A DNA stretch of 64,000 nt, taken from assembly GCA_964463705.1 (NCBI GenBank), contig CAYXCH010000021.1:65162-129161 (forward strand), read 5' to 3'. Each line of letters begins with the position of its first letter. The stretch's first letter is position 1. Made by a program: the position numbers and the translations under genes. The notes under the pieces were generated by a model. That model saw only the letters and a list, made by a program, of their open reading frames with translations, was not told the origin of the DNA and ran no database searches. The DNA is from an uncultured Pseudobdellovibrionaceae bacterium (GTDB lineage Bacteria; Patescibacteriota; Minisyncoccia; Moranbacterales; GCA-2747515). Of this stretch, positions 57,782 to 64,000 are shown in pieces.

Positions 57782-59074
57782 CTATGACACAATACGCGGC
57801 AACGTCTTCCCTTGTGCATCAAATCTCTCCCGCTGCTTTACCAGCATAGAAAATACCGGATAAAGCTCCGGTTGTGTTACAAACCGCATGGGCGCCAATG
57901 TTACGGCCCCTCGTGTCTTCTCATGAGTATAAAGATCGTGTATTGTCGTCCCCTCCGGAATATCACGTATACCTTCGGAAACATATCGCTCTAATAATTC
58001 CGCACTCTCTTCTATGTCGTATCTCACCCACTTTGCACTCTTGGGAATCTCTCCCTGCTTTTTAGCATCCCGAGCCATCCGCAACAACAGCCTGGAAAAC
58101 TCATTCCGTACACCCAGTGCACAAATTTGTCCGGCTCGTATCAGAGCATGCCCGTTCGGTGTAAATACGGTACGCAGAGCGATAAAGGATTTTTCACCAT
58201 GCCCTTTGATAAAGCCAATCGGCATGTTATCGGCGTAGACTATTACGCCATTAACCAGCAATCGTGATTTAAAAAACGACTCGGTTCGTGAAGCTAATAT
58301 AGACTCCGCTATCGTACCTTCTGCCTGTCTACAGTATTCTACATGCACGACACCAAATGATATAACTCCCCAATATAATACGGGATCCTCTTCTTCCAAA
58401 TCACTAATATTAAACAAACCCTGTACCGGCATTTGAACCGCCGTACGCTCTAAATCCACGTCTTGTGCATCCTCAAAGCGATCCCCGACACGAATCGTCC
58501 GCATCCGTGCTCGAGAAAGGTTCATTCCCGTGAGATACGTATTTCCAAAATATGCACCATCCAAAACGGCATCATGGACATTGATAATAAACGGCGCATC
58601 GCGATCCGACGTTTCTGAAAAATCAAGGTATGACAATAACCGGACACCGCATCGCTGTATCAATATATTTAGTGTCTGCTCATCCAGTGGTGTTATCCGC
58701 CGCTCACTCGCCGGCGCCTGCCGGACATCTCCCGTTTCTATCACTCGCGCGATCAATGAAATCACTTTCGCCATCATATTTTGACCGTCACGAATACCGT
58801 CGGCAGCGATCTGTCCACCTCCGTCCGTATTTAACATGATTGCTTCCATGCGGGCCAATATCTTGGCACGCTCCGCATCGGTTACTGTTTCATCGTTGGC
58901 AAGTATACGTCGCGCATGCGCAACAAGAGCATGCGCAATATCTTTAGAAGAAGGAGTATCCTGCTCCGCCTCGGAAATACCGGATTGCACATGAAGACAT
59001 AATTCCCGTAATGGTGCATCATCTGTGGGAACTTCCGGAGATGTTTTCCGAAATACATCAAATATTCTCATCAA
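57782..59074 (-). CDS. Hypothetical protein (possible pentapeptide-repeat-like stretch), slightly lower GC
   Basis: 430 aa with no confident family. Segment LSYLDFSETSDRDAPFIINVHDAVLDGAYFGNTYLTGMNLSRARM resembles pentapeptide repeats. Confidence 0.35.
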   Translation of the reverse strand: MMRIFDVFRKTSPEVPTDDAPLRELCLHVQSGISEAEQDTPSSKDIAHALVAHARRILANDETVTDAERAKILARMEAIMLNTDGGGQIAADGIRDGQNMMAKVISLIARVIETGDVRQAPASERRITPLDEQTLNILIQRCGVRLLSYLDFSETSDRDAPFIINVHDAVLDGAYFGNTYLTGMNLSRARMRTIRVGDRFEDAQDVDLERTAVQMPVQGLFNISDLEEEDPVLYWGVISFGVVHVEYCRQAEGTIAESILASRTESFFKSRLLVNGVIVYADNMPIGFIKGHGEKSFIALRTVFTPNGHALIRAGQICALGVRNEFSRLLLRMARDAKKQGEIPKSAKWVRYDIEESAELLERYVSEGIRDIPEGTTIHDLYTHEKTRGAVTLAPMRFVTQPELYPVFSMLVKQRERFDAQGKTLPRIVS

Positions 59075-59081
59075 AATATAT

Positions 59082-61031
59082 TTACCAAATACTGATACGC
59101 TCCCGAGGCGAGCGGTACATGGTGTCTGTCGGTGTCACATGAAATGCATCATACCATGCATCAATCTGTGTTACCGGTCCATTAACACGAAATCGTGCCG
59201 GCGCATGCGGATCCGTTACAACAATCTGACGGAGATACTCCTCTCGTATATTTGTCGCCTCTGTCAGTGCATACGCCAAGAAAAATCGCTGCGCTCGCGT
59301 GAACCCGTCCGGTCCCCGTTTGTCCATTGCCACTCCCGTCCGACACAGCGCATCATATGCCACCGCCAATCCGCCAAGATCCGCAATATTTTCTCCCACT
59401 GTTAACGCACCGTTGACAAATAATCCCGGCAATGCTTCATATGCGTCAAACTGCGCAATTACCCGTTTCGTCAATGCGCGAAATCGCGCCCGATCCCGAG
59501 CGGTCCACCAATTATTCAAATTTCCGCGCGCATCACACTGTGATCCCTGATCATCAAATGCGTGAGAAATCTCATGAGCAATAATGGTTCCAATTCCGCC
59601 ATAGTTGATTGCCACATCCGCATCTTCATGAAAAAACGGCCACTGTAAAATTCCCGCGGGAAATACAATCGTATTGTCTGACGGATGATAGTACGCGTTT
59701 ACCGTCGGCGCCGTCATTTCCCACCGAGTGCGGTCCGTCGGCGCTCCGATTCGCTCCATATCTCGTGCGTGATGCCATTGATGAGCACGAATCATATTAC
59801 CGAAAAAATCGGATGGATCAATCACCAATGTATCATATGTTTTGGGCGTCTCCGGATACCCGATTTTTACCGTGATGGCGGAAAGTTTTCGGAGTGCTCG
59901 ACGCTTTGTCTTCACCTCCATCCACGGCAACTCCCGAATTCGCTCACCGAATGTTGAAAGAATCTGTTGTACCATTGCTTCCGCCCGCCGCTTTGCGCGA
60001 GAAGAAAAATGCTCTGCGCACCACATCGCTCCCAACGCTTCACCCACCGCTGCATCCGTCGCCGACACCACTCGCTTCCAGCGCTCTCTCATTACCGGCG
60101 TACCGGACAATACTGTTCCGAAAAATGCAAAATGCGTCCGTGCAATATCCTCGCTCAGATAGGGCGCAACCGTTACGATCGTGCGCCATGCCAAATACCG
60201 TTTCCGTTGTCGCAACGAGGTTTTCGCACAGAGCGCTGAGAATGCACGCATGTACTCCGGTTGTCCCACAATAACCGTACGGGGCGGTGTCACCCCCTGT
60301 GCACGAAAGTACGTAACAAAATCAAATGACGGCACTATCCGACGCAACTGCGCTACCGTCATTTTATTATATTGCTTATGCACATCTCGTAAGGCGGCGC
60401 GCTCTCGCGAATGTATTGCCAGTGTACGTTCCGTCTGCAATACATCACGTAAAAATGCCGGTTGTTTTGTCCGTGGAACATACGTTCCCATGTGCGTAAA
60501 CAACTCCCGATATGCCCGACGTACTTGCGTATACGCCGCCGCCCGTGAACAATAATACGTTCGCTCCGGCAATGTCAATCCTCCTTGATACAGATACAGT
60601 GCCATTACATCGGTACGTTTTTCATCGGGTTCTACAAACGGTGTAAAAAACGCACGTACTCCCATGGCGTGACATTCCGCCACCGCTCGTGCAAATTCTT
60701 CCTCGGTTGTTATCGCATCAATACGCTCCAATAACGCATCCAGCGGTGCACTCCCACGCCGATTTCGTGATGGGTGTAATCCGCTTTTGTATAAATCCAC
60801 CACTTTCTGTTGCTCGGGTGTGCGACGAGGCGCGGCGGCGGCACGCAAGATAACGGCACGCATCGTTTTCTCCACCTCCACCCGCAATGCATGAAATGAA
60901 CTCCATACCGGATACGCATCCGGAATTGGGTTTCGTGATTGCCATCCACCAACGGCATACTGATAGAAATCCTCCCCCGGTGCCGTTTGCGGATCAATTG
61001 TTGTCGTATCGCAATAGCGTGTGTGTGCCAT
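59082..61031 (-). CDS. M13-family zinc metalloendopeptidase (PepO/neprilysin-like)
   Basis: HEISHAFD (HExxH), GENIADLGG (ExxxD region), NAYY, 649 aa. Confidence 0.85.
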   Translation of the reverse strand: MAHTRYCDTTTIDPQTAPGEDFYQYAVGGWQSRNPIPDAYPVWSSFHALRVEVEKTMRAVILRAAAAPRRTPEQQKVVDLYKSGLHPSRNRRGSAPLDALLERIDAITTEEEFARAVAECHAMGVRAFFTPFVEPDEKRTDVMALYLYQGGLTLPERTYYCSRAAAYTQVRRAYRELFTHMGTYVPRTKQPAFLRDVLQTERTLAIHSRERAALRDVHKQYNKMTVAQLRRIVPSFDFVTYFRAQGVTPPRTVIVGQPEYMRAFSALCAKTSLRQRKRYLAWRTIVTVAPYLSEDIARTHFAFFGTVLSGTPVMRERWKRVVSATDAAVGEALGAMWCAEHFSSRAKRRAEAMVQQILSTFGERIRELPWMEVKTKRRALRKLSAITVKIGYPETPKTYDTLVIDPSDFFGNMIRAHQWHHARDMERIGAPTDRTRWEMTAPTVNAYYHPSDNTIVFPAGILQWPFFHEDADVAINYGGIGTIIAHEISHAFDDQGSQCDARGNLNNWWTARDRARFRALTKRVIAQFDAYEALPGLFVNGALTVGENIADLGGLAVAYDALCRTGVAMDKRGPDGFTRAQRFFLAYALTEATNIREEYLRQIVVTDPHAPARFRVNGPVTQIDAWYDAFHVTPTDTMYRSPRERISIW

Positions 61032-61033
61032 AG

Positions 61034-63418
61034 TTATTGTTTTACGTGAACACCCTCTTCCGTTTCCACCGCCTCCATAATTGCCTCCATCATCGCATCA
61101 ACATCCGTACCGGACAGTGTCCGATCCGGCGCACGAAATGTTAAGCGAAACGCCAGAGATCGTGTACCGTTATCGTCCGTATATGAGTCAAACAATGCAA
61201 CATCCTCCAACAACTCTCCCCCGGCTTCTCGTATACGCCGCTCTATATCCGCAACATGAGTACGCGCTCCCACCGTCATGGAAATATCTCGCCAAACCGC
61301 CGGAAATGTTGGTAACGGAACAAATGTTGGTTGTGATGCTGTGGATAATGTGCGAACCGACGCCAAATCAAATTCCATTACCGCCACTCGCGCCGTTTTC
61401 ACACCACACTGACGAGCGCAACTCCGCGTCATTTCACCAATTATTCCGATACATTCTCCTTCCGATGAACGTATTATCGCTCGTCGCGATGGATGCAAGT
61501 CCACCGAATCATAACCCTCCGTTTCCATTGCGTCATCAAATGTCACACCCGATATTCCCATTGTGGTAACATATGCTTCCACCATCCCTTTCAGAATAAA
61601 GAACGGTGTTCCATCCGTTGCCTTCAACGCTACGGCTGCTGCCAGCACATCATACTCCATCGGAAGTCCCGTCTCTATTTTGGATGGTATAAATGTTCGC
61701 CCGATTTCAAAAATGCGTACATCATCACTATGTGTAAGATTTCGTGCCACTGCACGAGTAAGAGAGTGTACCAGTGTGCGCCGCAAATGAGTAAGTGATT
61801 GCGACAACGGGTTCTGTATCGTAACATGATGCGTTACATCCAACCCAATGGACCGAGCATCATCCGCACTATAAAATGCATAGGTTCGCACTTCGTCATA
61901 TCCGCCACCAACCCAAATCTCCCGTGTCCTGTGTTCAATATTGCGCGCCTCATTTCTGGGAGGAGCGACAACATCTGAACATAGTGCTTGCGGTGGAATA
62001 CGATCATATCCATACAAACGCCCCACTTCCTCGGCAATATCCGCCATTGTATGCACATCGGCACGCCATGTCGGTACTGTACACCGCACTGTTTTTCCAT
62101 CATTCCGGGCATCAATTCCCACTCGTGCAAGAAGAGAAACAATCTCTTCACCGGATACCGATATACCCAACAACCGAGAAATCTCTACCGGAGATACCGT
62201 AAGGTCTCGCGGAACACATGATTGTGTCCGATGCTCTCCCCGTGCCCGACATGTTCCACCGCACGTCGCCAATATTTCCGCTTCCAATATGGTACGAACA
62301 CGCTCCACACCACACGCATCCGGATCTCGCTCAAAACGAAATGCCGCATCCGATGATATTCCGTGCCGTACTCGTGTCGCACGAATACGTACCGGATCAA
62401 AATGTGCCACTTCCACAATAATTCGCGTTGTATTCTCTGACACCGCACTGGAAGCGCCGCCCATCACACCCGCCAACGCCAGTACCGATGTATCGTCCGC
62501 AATCACCATATCATCCGCGGAGAGTGTTATCTCTCGTCCATCCAACAGTGTAATCGTCTCCCCTTCTTGTGCATTGCGGACTGTCAATGTCCCATGAACC
62601 GTATCCGCATCAAATATATGACTGGGTTGTCCGGTACGCAGCATAATTTCATTACTGATATCCACCAGCGCATTAATACTGCGCAACCCGCACGTCCGCA
62701 ATCGCGCCACTCGCTCTCGTGAGCTTGCCACCGTATTATCCACTCCGTCTATGTACGTTGCACTATAGGTATCACATCCCGATGTCTGCACCGCCACCGG
62801 CACTGTCGTATCACATGGTACTGCCGACGGCGTATCAATGGTTATCGTCTGTCCATCCAGTGCTGCAATTTCTCGCGCAACTCCCTCATGAGAAAGACAG
62901 TCATGTGCCCGATTGGGAAGAATATCAATTTCCATCGCCGTATCATCCAGCCCCATGTATTGTGCAAATGGCACTCCAACAGGCGCATCATCGGGCAATA
63001 CCATAATTCCCTCGTGATCCTCACCCAATCCCAACTCATCTTCGGCACAAATCATTCCGTTGCTTTCCACCCCGCGAATCACACTCTTTGTGATTGCAAA
63101 TCCCGCTCCGTCCGGTGTGGGAAGCACCGCGCCCGGTAACGCCACCGCCACCATCTGCCCTTCGGCAAGGTTCGGCGCCCCGCAAACAATCTGACGCTCC
63201 GTTTCTTCTCCCACATCAACAGATGCTACGCGCAACCGGTCCGCATCCGGATGAGGACGGACATGACGAACACGTCCCACCACGACCTGTTCCAATCCCG
63301 CATCCAGCGGTACCACTTCTTCCACCTCAAAGGCGGTTTGTGTTAGCGCATCCGCAATCTCTCGTACCGAGCGTTTTGTTCCACTCAACGCCACCAACCA
63401 TGCGTAACTAAATCTCAT
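61034..63418 (-). CDS. pheT: Phenylalanine--tRNA ligase beta subunit
   Basis: MRFSYAWLVALSG... tRNA-binding OB domain, B3/B4, B5 and FDX-ACB C-terminal domain. 794 aa. No pheS adjacent. Confidence 0.9.
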   Translation of the reverse strand: MRFSYAWLVALSGTKRSVREIADALTQTAFEVEEVVPLDAGLEQVVVGRVRHVRPHPDADRLRVASVDVGEETERQIVCGAPNLAEGQMVAVALPGAVLPTPDGAGFAITKSVIRGVESNGMICAEDELGLGEDHEGIMVLPDDAPVGVPFAQYMGLDDTAMEIDILPNRAHDCLSHEGVAREIAALDGQTITIDTPSAVPCDTTVPVAVQTSGCDTYSATYIDGVDNTVASSRERVARLRTCGLRSINALVDISNEIMLRTGQPSHIFDADTVHGTLTVRNAQEGETITLLDGREITLSADDMVIADDTSVLALAGVMGGASSAVSENTTRIIVEVAHFDPVRIRATRVRHGISSDAAFRFERDPDACGVERVRTILEAEILATCGGTCRARGEHRTQSCVPRDLTVSPVEISRLLGISVSGEEIVSLLARVGIDARNDGKTVRCTVPTWRADVHTMADIAEEVGRLYGYDRIPPQALCSDVVAPPRNEARNIEHRTREIWVGGGYDEVRTYAFYSADDARSIGLDVTHHVTIQNPLSQSLTHLRRTLVHSLTRAVARNLTHSDDVRIFEIGRTFIPSKIETGLPMEYDVLAAAVALKATDGTPFFILKGMVEAYVTTMGISGVTFDDAMETEGYDSVDLHPSRRAIIRSSEGECIGIIGEMTRSCARQCGVKTARVAVMEFDLASVRTLSTASQPTFVPLPTFPAVWRDISMTVGARTHVADIERRIREAGGELLEDVALFDSYTDDNGTRSLAFRLTFRAPDRTLSGTDVDAMMEAIMEAVETEEGVHVKQ

Positions 63419-63590
63419 AACACAACATTTAACACCGGCTCACCATATTATACCCATATGATGTCATTGTACCATTCTCTACATAAAAAGAGAAATTATT
63501 ACACCGATACTGCAGATTATCAAATATATCAATTACATTAACTGATCACATCACTAAAACTGCGCACTGACACGGGTGTCGCCGCTAATA

Positions 63591-64000
63591 TTACAAACAA
63601 ACTTCTACCCCCACTGCATCATGATCGGTAAATGATACCGGCACCACCCCGGCGGTTAAATTTCCTGGAGGTAAATTTTCTGAAGGTAAATTTTCTGAAG
63701 GCACAAATACGAAAATATGGTCCAATTTCATTCCCACCAACCCACCAGCAGCACGAAGGGTTGGTGTATGGGATACATCTGACGGTGTGAATCCAGCTTG
63801 TTTAGCAATCTTTTCCAAATGTTTATTTTCATGTATATCGGTGCGCAGTATTGCGCCAGCTGCCGTTACCGGCGGATGCACCGGCATTCCAAGAATTTTC
63901 CGGTGTGTTGTATCTACGCCATAAGAGTTACAATCTCCGGCAAGAATTGCTATACCATCTGGTTCACTTAACTCTTTTAGATGCGTAAGTGATGCACGAA
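63591..64000 (-). CDS. Endonuclease/exonuclease/phosphatase (EEP)-family protein, C-terminal part (N-terminus likely beyond window end)
   Basis: C-terminal ...SFTDHDAVGVEVCL matches the EEP family SDHxPV terminus. Contains a tandem SENLP-SENLP duplication. Confidence 0.4.
   Translation of the reverse strand, partial: RASLTHLKELSEPDGIAILAGDCNSYGVDTTHRKILGMPVHPPVTAAGAILRTDIHENKHLEKIAKQAGFTPSDVSHTPTLRAAGGLVGMKLDHIFVFVPSENLPSENLPPGNLTAGVVPVSFTDHDAVGVEVCL

Noticed and set aside
1-64000. CRISPR arrays, transposases, integrases, toxin-antitoxin pairs, restriction-modification or other known defence systems
   Set aside because: No regularly spaced direct repeats, no Cas-like, transposase, recombinase, methyltransferase or nuclease-toxin motifs were seen in any frame of the ORF track. 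The two tRNA loci are not flanked by integrase genes.

Overview
This 64-kb window is a dense, almost uni-directional (minus-strand) bacterial chromosomal segment with high GC, about 55-60% by eye, and several sharply AT-rich patches. TGA acts as a stop codon in several ATGA and TAATG start/stop overlaps, so the standard genetic code applies.

Housekeeping genes: obg (partial at the window edge), rpsU, hisS, lepB, gap, tpiA, aspS, glyA, rplU, ftsZ, rpsB-tsf, rpmE, pheT, thiI, a DEAD-box helicase, and six tRNAs (Thr-CGT, Glu-TTC, and a Thr-TGT/Tyr/Thr-GGT/Trp cluster).

Envelope and transport genes: P-type ATPase, CPA1 antiporter, MscS, CorC, SPFH, a two-ORF ComEC, GT2, GT4, an O-antigen-ligase-like/TPR protein, and an M13 peptidase.

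Two surface-protein loci: (1) rfbB - secreted SGNH hydrolase - unknown - rfbC - 1435-aa beta-sandwich surface protein - DUF4012-like, where the SGNH hydrolase and the giant protein share a Cys-rich C-terminal module of about 85 aa; (2) DUF2892 - 1068-aa beta-helix/Calx-beta protein with a poly-Lys linker and C-terminal anchor - GT4.

No CRISPR array, transposase, integrase or recognisable defence system was found. The most novel-looking element is the shared C-terminal module in the rhamnose/surface locus, with low-GC, apparently acquired unknown genes nearby. A recurring extended -10 motif (TGGTATACT / TGGTATAGT), a palindromic operator-like site, several intrinsic terminators and a hairpin attenuator-like rpmE leader are visible. 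Many proteins carry low-complexity N- or C-terminal extensions. Small-genome lineages such as Patescibacteria/CPR are a tentative guess that cannot be confirmed from sequence alone.
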